Shown here piece after piece: positions 18,636 to 27,577 of a stretch of DNA of 48,111 bases (positions are counted from its first letter, which is position 1; every line of letters starts with the position of its first letter). The notes beneath the pieces are model-generated. The model was not told the origin of the DNA, searched no databases, and saw nothing but the letters and a program-made list of their open reading frames with translations. The position numbers were made by a program, and so were the translations under genes. This DNA is from an uncultured Acetobacteraceae bacterium (GTDB taxonomy: Bacteria; Pseudomonadota; Alphaproteobacteria; Acetobacterales; Acetobacteraceae): the NCBI GenBank assembly GCA_964250815.1, contig CAXUIQ010000001.1, positions 1 to 48,111 of the forward strand, written 5' to 3'.

Positions 18636-19659
18636 GCAGTGGCACCGCATCTCCGTCGTCATCTGCGCCTACACGCCCGACCGCTGGAACGATCTTTGCG
18701 AGGCGGTTTCGTCCCTGCATGGCCAGTCGCGCCGACCGGACGAGGTTCTTCTGGTCATCGATCACAACCCGGAGCTGCTGGCCCGTTCCGCCGAGCGCTT
18801 CCCCGGTGTCCGCGTTGTGGCGAACCAGGGGCCGCGCGGCCTTTCCGGGGCGCGGAACACCGGGATCGCCCTCTCAACCGGCCGATACGTCGCGTTCCTC
18901 GACGACGACGCCATTGCCCACCCGGACTGGCTTGGCCATCTCGGGCGCCAGTGCGGGCGCGAAGGCGTCCTGGGCGTGACCAACGCCATCGAGCCGGCGT
19001 GGCGTGGAGCACGGCCGGGATGGTTCCCGGACGAATTCCTCTGGGTCGTCGGCTGCAGCTTCCCGGGCCAGCCCGCGGCAGGCAGCGAGGTCCGCAACGT
19101 CATGGGCAGCGCGATGCTGTTCCGGCGCGAGGTGTTCGAGGCCGCCGGCGGCTTCAGCCAGCACCTGGGCCGCACGGAAGCCGGCGCGAACCTGCTGAGC
19201 TGCGAGGAGACGGAGCTTTGCATCCGCGCGAAGGCGGCGCTCCCGGCCGGCCGTTTCGTGATCGATGCGTCCGCGGTCATTTGGCACAAGGTGCCCGCGT
19301 CCCGCCTTACCCTGCGGTATTTCTGCTTGCGCACCTACGCGGAGGGCTTGTCGAAGGCCTATCTGGCAGCATTGGTCGCGCAGGCGGGTGCGCTGGACAC
19401 CGAGCGCAGCTACGTGTTCCAAGCGTTGCGCCAAGGCTTCATCCGAAACCTCGGCGCTGCGCTCATCCGAATGGACCCGCAGGGGCTTGCGCGTGCGGGA
19501 GCGATCGTACTCGGGCTGACATGCGCCGTCTTGGGTTTCCTTCGCGGAAAACGGATGGCAGCCGGGGCGGCGGGGCACCGGGACGGCCATCATCCCGTCC
19601 CTTCGCCGCCCTGCGCAAAGCTGGGAGCGCGGCCCGGCGATGCCGCGGCCAAGGTTTGA
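18628..19659 (+). CDS. GT2 glycosyltransferase with a C-terminal membrane segment
   Basis: ISVVICAYT..RW, GLSGARNTG, FLDDDA and CEETELC motifs. Confidence 0.92.
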   Translation: MTEQWHRISVVICAYTPDRWNDLCEAVSSLHGQSRRPDEVLLVIDHNPELLARSAERFPGVRVVANQGPRGLSGARNTGIALSTGRYVAFLDDDAIAHPDWLGHLGRQCGREGVLGVTNAIEPAWRGARPGWFPDEFLWVVGCSFPGQPAAGSEVRNVMGSAMLFRREVFEAAGGFSQHLGRTEAGANLLSCEETELCIRAKAALPAGRFVIDASAVIWHKVPASRLTLRYFCLRTYAEGLSKAYLAALVAQAGALDTERSYVFQALRQGFIRNLGAALIRMDPQGLARAGAIVLGLTCAVLGFLRGKRMAAGAAGHRDGHHPVPSPPCAKLGARPGDAAAKV

Positions 19660-19795
19660 CCGCGCGGTGCCGGGGTCGGGCCGCCTTTCCCGGTTCTCGG
19701 AAGGGGCACGGGCGGCGTCCAGCCAGAACGGCCCTGGCATCGGGCTGCCGTGCCTTGGAAGGCTTCACGGCGGGGCGGAACATGGGAGGCCGTCG

Positions 19796-21043
19796 ATGAG
19801 GTCCGCAGCCTGCGCCCGCTTCAAAAGAAGCAAGACAACTGCTTCGGCCGCTGCCGCACGGCAGTGGCTTGGCGCAGCGATCATCCTGGCACTGGCGTGC
19901 CCAGGCTCAGCGTCTGCTGCCGAATTGGCGCCGCGGGGGCCGAAGGACGGCTTCGTCAAGGTCGAGGGCACGCACTTCGTCTTGGACGGCAAGCCGTTCT
20001 TCGTCGCGGGCGTGAACAACCACTACCTGACGTTCGGCTCCGAGCCGGAGGTGCTCAGGGTTCTCGATGACGCCGTCCAACTCGGCGCGAACGTCGTCCG
20101 GACCTTTCTCCAGCCCGTCATCGGGTCGCCGGACGGCTCGGTTCCAACGGTGTGGGACTGGCGACGCGACACCGAGACCAGCAACTTGGGCGTCCACGGG
20201 ACCTACCTGCTGTATTGGGACAGCGCAAGGAAGCGAATGGCGATCAACTGGGGCGAAAGCGGCTTCCGGAAGGTCGATAGGCTCGTTGCCGAGGCAGGAA
20301 AACGCCACCTTCGCCTGGTCATCGCCTTTGCCGACTTCTGGGCCTACACCGGCGGCTCCCAGCAAATGAGCGCCTGGTACGGCAGCGGCGACAAGAACCG
20401 CTTCTTCTTCGAGGACTCCCGGACCAAGGAGGACTACCGGACTTGGGTCCGCGAAGTCGTCCAGCACGTCAACACCTTGACCGGCATCGCATACAAGGAC
20501 GACCCGACGATCCTCGGTTGGGACTTGATGAACGAGCCTGTCGCACAGCCGGGCTGGCTTCAAAGCCAATGGATCTCGGAGATGGCGGCCTACGTCAAAT
20601 CGGTCGATCCGAACCACCTCGTCACCTCCGGACAGGCGAATGTCTCCGGCAAGCTTTCCGACATCGACGATCCGAACCTGGACTTCGCGGTGTGGCACGG
20701 CTACCCGCTCTACTACCGCCTCACGGTCCTGCAATTCGATCTGCTGATCCGGGATTTCTGCACGCGCGCCCGGCAGCATGGCAAGCCAGTGCTCCTTGAG
20801 GAATTCGGCTACGCGCGCTCGAATCCTGATCAGGCGGCGGCGTATCAGCGATGGCTGCGCACGATCCAGGAGGACACGGATTGCGCGGGGTGGCTGGTGT
20901 GGCGGCTGGTGTCGAGGCAGGACAGCGGCAACTATCCAGAGGACGAGCACGACCAGTTCGACGTCCGCAATGATGGCGGCCGCCTTTGGGACGTTCTGCG
21001 CAAGGCCGCGGCAGATCTCCGCAGCAAGTCGGCGCCGCGGTGA
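19796..21043 (+). CDS. Secreted GH5 glycoside hydrolase, endo-1,4-beta-mannanase-like
   Basis: ATG 19796 after GGAGG; signal-peptide-like AAIILALACPGSASA; GFVKVEGTHF.LDGKPF, YKDDPTILGWDLMNEP (acid/base Glu) and VLLEEFG (nucleophile). Confidence 0.88.
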   Translation: MRSAACARFKRSKTTASAAAARQWLGAAIILALACPGSASAAELAPRGPKDGFVKVEGTHFVLDGKPFFVAGVNNHYLTFGSEPEVLRVLDDAVQLGANVVRTFLQPVIGSPDGSVPTVWDWRRDTETSNLGVHGTYLLYWDSARKRMAINWGESGFRKVDRLVAEAGKRHLRLVIAFADFWAYTGGSQQMSAWYGSGDKNRFFFEDSRTKEDYRTWVREVVQHVNTLTGIAYKDDPTILGWDLMNEPVAQPGWLQSQWISEMAAYVKSVDPNHLVTSGQANVSGKLSDIDDPNLDFAVWHGYPLYYRLTVLQFDLLIRDFCTRARQHGKPVLLEEFGYARSNPDQAAAYQRWLRTIQEDTDCAGWLVWRLVSRQDSGNYPEDEHDQFDVRNDGGRLWDVLRKAAADLRSKSAPR

Positions 21044-21177
21044 TCTCTTGACACTGCAACGCATGTCAAACAACCATCAGAAGGATTTGAAATGCTGGCA
21101 TCCGACTTCCGGCACCCCGCCGCAATCCGCGCCGAGCAGCTTCCACTCACGGCGCGGGCCGTTTAGGACTCAACCAG

Positions 21178-21873
21178 GTGCCTCATCAACCGCGGTCAGC
21201 ACTGCCTGACGCTCTGAGTGACGACGCCCGGGGAGCAGGGCGTTCAGCGAGTCCTGAGCCATTGACTTGGCTGGACTTGTATAAGTGCGATCTCAACCGG
21301 TATAGGAGATACAGGAAGGGTGCCACTGTAATCAATATTCTAATCACAGAGCAAGGTCTTTGGGCATTGCTTCACTATCGTGTTGCTTTTGCTATGCTTC
21401 AGAAACAACGACCAAAATTGGCGAAGAACGTCCTCGCAGCAATTTTCGTAGCGTGGCAGAAGATGGTCGAGATAGCTACCGGCATATCGATTTCACCTAA
21501 ATCCAAAATAGGCAAAGGATTCTATATCGGGCATTTTGGAAACATATTCATCGGCGACGACGTGGAAATCGGAGAGATGTGCAACATATCCCAAGGAGTC
21601 ACCTTGGGCGTGTCGGGACGCGGGGGCGCGCGTGGAATGCCCAGGTTGGGAAACAGGGTTTACGTGGGCGCCAACGCTGTGATCGCCGGCAAGATCTCCA
21701 TCGGCGACGACGCTGTGATCGCTGCGAATTCTCTCGTCATGGGAAACGTTGCGGCGAAAGCGGTCATGATGGGCGTGCCCGCCAGGATGGTCGGCCGAGA
21801 AGGTTCCCACGACCTGCTGCATCCGGACTGCGGGACGGCGCCTGGGCATTCAAGCCGACCTGCCTCGCTTTGA
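21178..21873 (+). CDS. Serine O-acetyltransferase-like hexapeptide acetyltransferase (WcaB/EpsC-like)
   Basis: TGISI...IGKGFYIGHFG, ISQGVTLG, P.LGNRVYVGANA and GVPAR left-handed beta-helix repeats; AT-rich 5' half; start uncertain. Confidence 0.85.
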   Translation: MPHQPRSALPDALSDDARGAGRSASPEPLTWLDLYKCDLNRYRRYRKGATVINILITEQGLWALLHYRVAFAMLQKQRPKLAKNVLAAIFVAWQKMVEIATGISISPKSKIGKGFYIGHFGNIFIGDDVEIGEMCNISQGVTLGVSGRGGARGMPRLGNRVYVGANAVIAGKISIGDDAVIAANSLVMGNVAAKAVMMGVPARMVGREGSHDLLHPDCGTAPGHSSRPASL

Positions 21874-22464
21874 GGCGAGCCATGCCGGGCATCGGGTGAT
21901 GCCGTGATCAGGCGGCGTCCTGCGCTCCGCCTGTGCGTCTGAGCGGGGCGGCGTGGAACGATGCGTGTTGCGTCCGCACGTTTCCGCCGGTTAACGTCGG
22001 CGCGTGAAGGCCGTGGGTCGCTGTGCTTGTCGGCAGGAGGAGTTTGTTGAACCCACACCCCGAAAGGAAACGAGCCGCGGCACGAGCCTGGCGCCTGCTG
22101 GCGGCGGCGGCGGCCGTCGTTCAGTTCGGATGCGCCAACCCTGGAAGCCAGCACAACGACCTGGGCATGGCCCGGCCAGGTTGGGCCTGCCGCCAACTGG
22201 ACAAGGTGCAGCAGCACACCCTGGAGAGGACAAGGCAAGACGCTGCGCGCGACTTGCCTGGCCCGAGGGGGGACGCCGGGTCGGTGGCAGGCGTGCTTGT
22301 CATGTGGCCGGTCCTGGCAGGCGCTTGTCTGGCGTCGCGGTCCTAGCTTCGGATCAGCCCGTTCATGGCGCGGCTTTGCATCGGTCAGCCAAGGCTTCCT
22401 CCGCGACAGTAACTGGCACACGCAAGTTGAATGCTCGAAGTCCAGCTACAGAATTTCGGCATCC

Positions 22465-22494
22465 CCTGCTTGCAACACATAGAAACCTGCTTGC
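22465..22494 (+). promoter_or_regulatory. Direct repeat CCTGCTTGC x2 with 21-bp period upstream of the sugar ABC operon
   Basis: Copies at 22465-22473 and 22486-22494, about 110 bp before the SBP start. Confidence 0.3.
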
Positions 22495-22603
22495 GCCGTC
22501 TTTCGTGTTGACCAGGGCGTTGGCCGACCCTACGGTCCGTTGGGGAAAGAAGACCCGCAACGGGCGGCGCCGCGGTTCGGCGCATGCGCTTCAGGAGGAA
22601 ACG

Positions 22604-23578
22604 TTGAAGAGGACGCTCACGGTATTGGCCGCCATCGCGGTCGGCATGGCGATGCTGCCCGGCGGGGCGCAGGCGCAGAAGAAGCCCACCATCGCCCTGA
22701 TCCCCGGCCTGACCACCGACGCCTTCTACATCACCATGCGCCGCGGGGCCGAGGACGCCGCCAAGGCGCTCGGCGCCACCCTCGTGTTCCAAGGCGCGCC
22801 CGAGTTCAACCCGGTGCAGCAGACCCCCGTGCTGGACGCGGTGATCGCCCGCCATCCCGACGCCATCCTGATCGCGCCCACGGACAAGGCGCAACTGGTG
22901 CAGCCGCTGAAGAAGGCCGCCGACGCCGGCATCCCAGTCATCACGGTGGATACCTTCATCGGCACCGGCAACTACCAGACGAGGTCGGGCGACGCCGATT
23001 TCCCGCTGTCCTACATCGCGTCCGACAACGTGCTCGGGGGCAGGATGGCGGCCCGCGCCCTGGCCGCGGCGGTCGGCGGCAAGGGCAAGGTCTATGTGTC
23101 CAACGTGAAGCCCGGCGTGTCCACCACCGACCAGCGCGAGGAAGGCTTCAAGGAGGAGATGAAGGGCCACCCGGGCATCACGGTGCTGCAAACCCAGTTC
23201 AACGACGACGACGCCAACAAGGCCGCGTCGCAGTTGCAGTCCGTCTATGCCCGCAACCCGGACCTGGCCGGGGTGTTCGGCGCCAACCTGTTCTCGGCCA
23301 TCGGCGCCGGCAACGGCGTGCAGCAGGCCGGGCAGCAAGGCAAGGTCAAGGTCGTGGCCTTCGACGCGCCGGCCACCATCGTCGGCAACATCAAGTCCGG
23401 CCTGATCACCGCCGCCATCGCCCAGCACCCGGCCGAGATCGGCTACTTCGGCGTGGTGTCGGTCGTGGCCCACCTGACCGGCCATTCGATCCCGACCACG
23501 ATCGGCACCGGCTTCACCGTCATGGACCGGTCCAACATCGACGATCCCGAGGTCGCGAAGTTCATCTACAAGGACTGA
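22604..23578 (+). CDS. Sugar/polyol ABC transporter substrate-binding protein (RbsB-like)
   Basis: TTG start after AGGAGG; signal peptide ending AQA; PDAILIAP, GIPVITVD, IASDN, REEGF, VVAFD and IAQHP. Confidence 0.93.
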   Translation: MKRTLTVLAAIAVGMAMLPGGAQAQKKPTIALIPGLTTDAFYITMRRGAEDAAKALGATLVFQGAPEFNPVQQTPVLDAVIARHPDAILIAPTDKAQLVQPLKKAADAGIPVITVDTFIGTGNYQTRSGDADFPLSYIASDNVLGGRMAARALAAAVGGKGKVYVSNVKPGVSTTDQREEGFKEEMKGHPGITVLQTQFNDDDANKAASQLQSVYARNPDLAGVFGANLFSAIGAGNGVQQAGQQGKVKVVAFDAPATIVGNIKSGLITAAIAQHPAEIGYFGVVSVVAHLTGHSIPTTIGTGFTVMDRSNIDDPEVAKFIYKD

Positions 23579-23634
23579 TCCCGCCCCGCGCCCTGCCGCC
23601 GGCACGGCGCCTGCCTTCCGGTTTGGAGAAGCGC

Positions 23635-24672
23635 ATGGCCGGTCTCGCAGCGCCTCAGCCACTGCGCATCCGGGCACCCGGACGCAGCCCCTCGCGTCTC
23701 CTTCTCCTGGCGGCCCGGCTGCGGGCCTGGCTGTTCCTCGCCCTGCTGCTCGTCCTGTTCGAGGCGTGGGCGCAGGCGCGCTACGGCGCAAGCTTCGTGT
23801 TCTCAAGCTACAACGCCCAGTCCATCGCCGTGTTCGCGGTGGCGCCGCTGCTGCTGGCGCTAGGCGAGACCTTCGTGATCATCGCCGGTGGGATCGACCT
23901 GTCGGTCGGCTTCATCATGGGCCTTTCGGCGGTGGTCGCGGCGCACGGGGCCAACATCGCGGGCGGCTTCATGCCCGCCTTCCCGGCCATGGCGGCCGGC
24001 ATTGCGGCGGGCCTCCTGGTGTCGCTGGTGCCGGGCGCCGTCAACGGCTGGCTCATCTCCAGGCTCAAGGTGCCGCCCTTCATCGGCACGCTCGGCATGT
24101 TCGGCGTGGCGCGGGGCGCCGCCTTCCTGCTGGCCGCCGGCACCACCGTGCCGGTCGCCAACGGCGCCTTCGCCGCGCTCGGCAACGGCCGCGTCCTGGG
24201 CTTCCCCATCGTGGTCGTCATCACCGTCCTGTTCCTGCTGCTGATGAGCTACCTGCTCGCCCAGACCCGCTTCGGCCAGCACACCTACGCGGTGGGGGCG
24301 AGCGAGCAGGCGGCGCTCCGGGCCGGCATCAACGTCGGGCGCCATACCCGCAAGCTCTATCTGCTGTCGGCTTTCTGCGCCGGGCTGGGGGGCGTGCTCT
24401 ACACGGCCCGCTTCACCGCGGGCGCCGCCCAGGCGGGCGAGCCGCTGCTGCTCGACTCGATCGCCGCCGTGGTGATCGGCGGCGCCAGCCTGTTCGGCGG
24501 CTCCGGCACCATCCTCGGCACGGTCGCCGGTTCGCTGGTCATTGCAGTGATCCAGTACGGGCTGGTGTTCATCGACGTCGAGCCGTTCTGGCAGTTCGTG
24601 GCGGTGGGCGTCGTGATCATCATCTCGGTGCTGGCCGACCAGACCCAGCGCAGGCTCGGCGGAGACCGGTGA
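23635..24672 (+). CDS. Sugar ABC transporter permease (RbsC-like)
   Basis: GETFVIIAGGIDLSVG, VPPFIGTLG, TRFG..YAVG and IAAVVIGGASLFGG.G; ATG 23635 after GGAG. Confidence 0.93.
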   Translation: MAGLAAPQPLRIRAPGRSPSRLLLLAARLRAWLFLALLLVLFEAWAQARYGASFVFSSYNAQSIAVFAVAPLLLALGETFVIIAGGIDLSVGFIMGLSAVVAAHGANIAGGFMPAFPAMAAGIAAGLLVSLVPGAVNGWLISRLKVPPFIGTLGMFGVARGAAFLLAAGTTVPVANGAFAALGNGRVLGFPIVVVITVLFLLLMSYLLAQTRFGQHTYAVGASEQAALRAGINVGRHTRKLYLLSAFCAGLGGVLYTARFTAGAAQAGEPLLLDSIAAVVIGGASLFGGSGTILGTVAGSLVIAVIQYGLVFIDVEPFWQFVAVGVVIIISVLADQTQRRLGGDR

Positions 24673-25433
24673 TGGACGCGCTTCCCACTGAGACGCATCC
24701 GCCGATCCTCGACGTCCGCGGCGTGTCCAAACGGTTCGGCGGCGTCGAGGCGCTGAAGGGCGTGTCGCTTGCGCTCCATCCCGGCGAGGTCGTGGCGCTG
24801 GCCGGCGACAACGGCGCGGGCAAATCGACCCTCACCAAGATGATATCGGGCGTCTATCCGGCGGACGACGGCGAGATCCTGCTCGACGGCGCGCGGGTCC
24901 GCTTCCCGACGCCGGAGGCCGCCCGCGAAGCCGGAATCGAGACGATCTACCAGGACCTCGCCTTGGCCGACAACCTGTCCATCGGCGCCAACATCTTCCT
25001 GGGCCGCGAGCCGATGCGTCGCGCCTTCAAGTTCCTGCCGGTGCTGGACCGGGCCAAGATGGCAGAGGCCGCCCGCGACACCATGGCCCGGCTCGATTTC
25101 CACGTGGACCGCCTCGATGCGCCGGTCGGCCGCTTTTCCGGCGGGCAGCGGCAGGCGGTGGCCATCGGCCGGGCGATCTACTGGAACGCCCGCGTGATCC
25201 TGATGGACGAGCCGACCGCCGCCCTCGGCGTGCCGGAACAGCGCAAGGTGCTGTCCCTGATCCGAAGCCTCAAGGCGCAAGGCCGCGGCGTGCTCTTCAT
25301 CAGCCACAACCTGCAGGACATCTTCGCCGTCGCGGACCGGGTGGTGGTGCTCCGGCGCGGAAGCCTTGCGGGCGAGCGCCCCATCGGGCAGACCACGCAC
25401 GACGAGGTCGTGAAGCTCATGATCGGCGGCTGA
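24672..25433 (+). CDS. Sugar ABC transporter ATP-binding protein (single domain)
   Basis: GDNGAGKST, GIETIYQDLAL, FSGGQRQ, LMDEPT and ISH; start overlaps the permease stop. Confidence 0.93.
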   Translation: MDALPTETHPPILDVRGVSKRFGGVEALKGVSLALHPGEVVALAGDNGAGKSTLTKMISGVYPADDGEILLDGARVRFPTPEAAREAGIETIYQDLALADNLSIGANIFLGREPMRRAFKFLPVLDRAKMAEAARDTMARLDFHVDRLDAPVGRFSGGQRQAVAIGRAIYWNARVILMDEPTAALGVPEQRKVLSLIRSLKAQGRGVLFISHNLQDIFAVADRVVVLRRGSLAGERPIGQTTHDEVVKLMIGG

Positions 25434-25458
25434 CCCGCCGGCCCGCAGGAGGGCAAGC

Positions 25459-26187
25459 ATGTGGGGATTGGACGGACGCGCCGTGCTGGTCACGGGCGCC
25501 AGCGGCGGCATCGGCGGCGCGGTGGTCCGCCAGCTCGCGGACGCCGGCGCGGACGTGATCGCAGGCGGGCGGTCCGCCGAGGCGCTGGACGCGCTCGCCG
25601 CCCGGACCGGATGCCGGACCCTCCCGTTCGACCTGGCCTTGGAGGACAGCGTCCACGACGCGCTGCTCGGCCTCGACCTTTGGGGCGTCGTCAATTGCGG
25701 CGGCTTCGGCGGGGAGATCGCGACGCCGATGGACACGGATATCGCCGTGTTCGACAAGGTGGTCTGCGTCAACGCCCGTGGCGCCTTGCTCGTCACCAAG
25801 TACGCGTCGCAGTCGATGGTCCGGCTGGGGCAGGGCGGGTCCATCGTCAACGTGTCCAGCCAGGCGTCGCTGGTGGCGCTGCCCGGCCACATCTCCTACG
25901 GGGCCTCGAAAGCCGCCCTCGACAGCATCACCCGCGTGTCCGCGCTGGAACTCGGCAAGCACGGCATCCGGGTCAACAGCGTGAACCCGACCGTGGTGAT
26001 GACCGAGATGTCGGCCTCCTACTGGGGACGGCCCGAGGTCGGCGGGTCCTTCCTGAAACAGATGCCGCTGGGCCGCTGGGCGACGGAGGACGAGATCGCG
26101 GCGCCCATCGTCTTCCTGCTTGGCGACGGCGCCGCGATGATCACCGGCGTGTGCCTGCCGATCGACGGTGGGTACACCTGCTGCTGA
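25459..26187 (+). CDS. SDR oxidoreductase (L-xylulose/erythrulose reductase-like)
   Basis: TGASGGIG, IVNVSSQA, YGASK, ELGKHGIRVNSVNPTVVMTEM and LPIDGG; AGGAGG upstream. Confidence 0.88.
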   Translation: MWGLDGRAVLVTGASGGIGGAVVRQLADAGADVIAGGRSAEALDALAARTGCRTLPFDLALEDSVHDALLGLDLWGVVNCGGFGGEIATPMDTDIAVFDKVVCVNARGALLVTKYASQSMVRLGQGGSIVNVSSQASLVALPGHISYGASKAALDSITRVSALELGKHGIRVNSVNPTVVMTEMSASYWGRPEVGGSFLKQMPLGRWATEDEIAAPIVFLLGDGAAMITGVCLPIDGGYTCC

Positions 26188-26319
26188 GGCATCGGGACGC
26201 GGCAGGAAGCGGCTCCCCCGGGATGCCGCGGATTGGGTAAGCCCGGGGCCGAACTCCGGCCACGGACCCGAGTTAAGCCAGCGCACGGCGCCCTGTCCGC
26301 GCCGCAAAGGGAGGCGGCG

Positions 26320-26824
26320 ATGCCGAAAACCTGGATCGAGGCCGCCCTGAACGGCTCATGGGGACGCGAACGGCAGCCCGGCAGCCCCGTGCCGGTGAAG
26401 GAGATCGTGGCGGACGGCCTGGCCGCGGCGGCAGCCGGGGCGGCCATCCTGCACCTGCAGCCTACGACCCCGCGACCGGGCGGCAGCGGGATGATTGGGA
26501 GACCCATGCGCGCATCATCGAGGGCATCCGCGCCCGCAGCGACGCGCTGGTCTATCCCACGATCCCGCTTGCGGGTTCGGGCTATGCTGACAAGCCGGGG
26601 GCGGACAAGCCGGGCGAGCCGAAGCCGGACGCGCGCTTCGCCCATACGCAGGAACTGGCCCGGCGCGGCCTGATCAAGTTGGCCGTGGTGGACCCAGGCT
26701 CGATGGACTTCCTGCGCTTCGACGAGGCGGACCGGCCCGGCACCGGCTTCGTTTACCGCAACGCGCCCGAGGAGGTACGCGCGGCGCTGGCGCAAGGCAC
26801 GCCGGACGTGAGGGGCGCCCCCTC

Positions 26825-26828
<4 letters not shown>
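26320..26828 (+). pseudogene. BKACE (3-keto-5-aminohexanoate cleavage enzyme / DUF849) pseudogene, frameshifted and 3'-truncated
   Basis: MPKTWIEAALNG...AAGAAILHL after GGAGG; CACCTGCAGCCTACGAC lacks one base of HLHAYD (~26459); the other frame continues AYDPATGRQ...IIEGIR...LVYPT...VVDPGS...FVYRN and stops after about 170 codons. Confidence 0.8.
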
Positions 26829-27535
<707 letters not shown>

Positions 27536-27577
27536 GCTTGCCTGTTGGTCTCCACGCAGAACCAAGGAAGGATCACG

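Noticed and set aside
22023-22346. 107-aa ORF between the glycan cluster and the sugar ABC operon
   Set aside because: No recognisable motif or RBS; cannot be distinguished from a chance ORF
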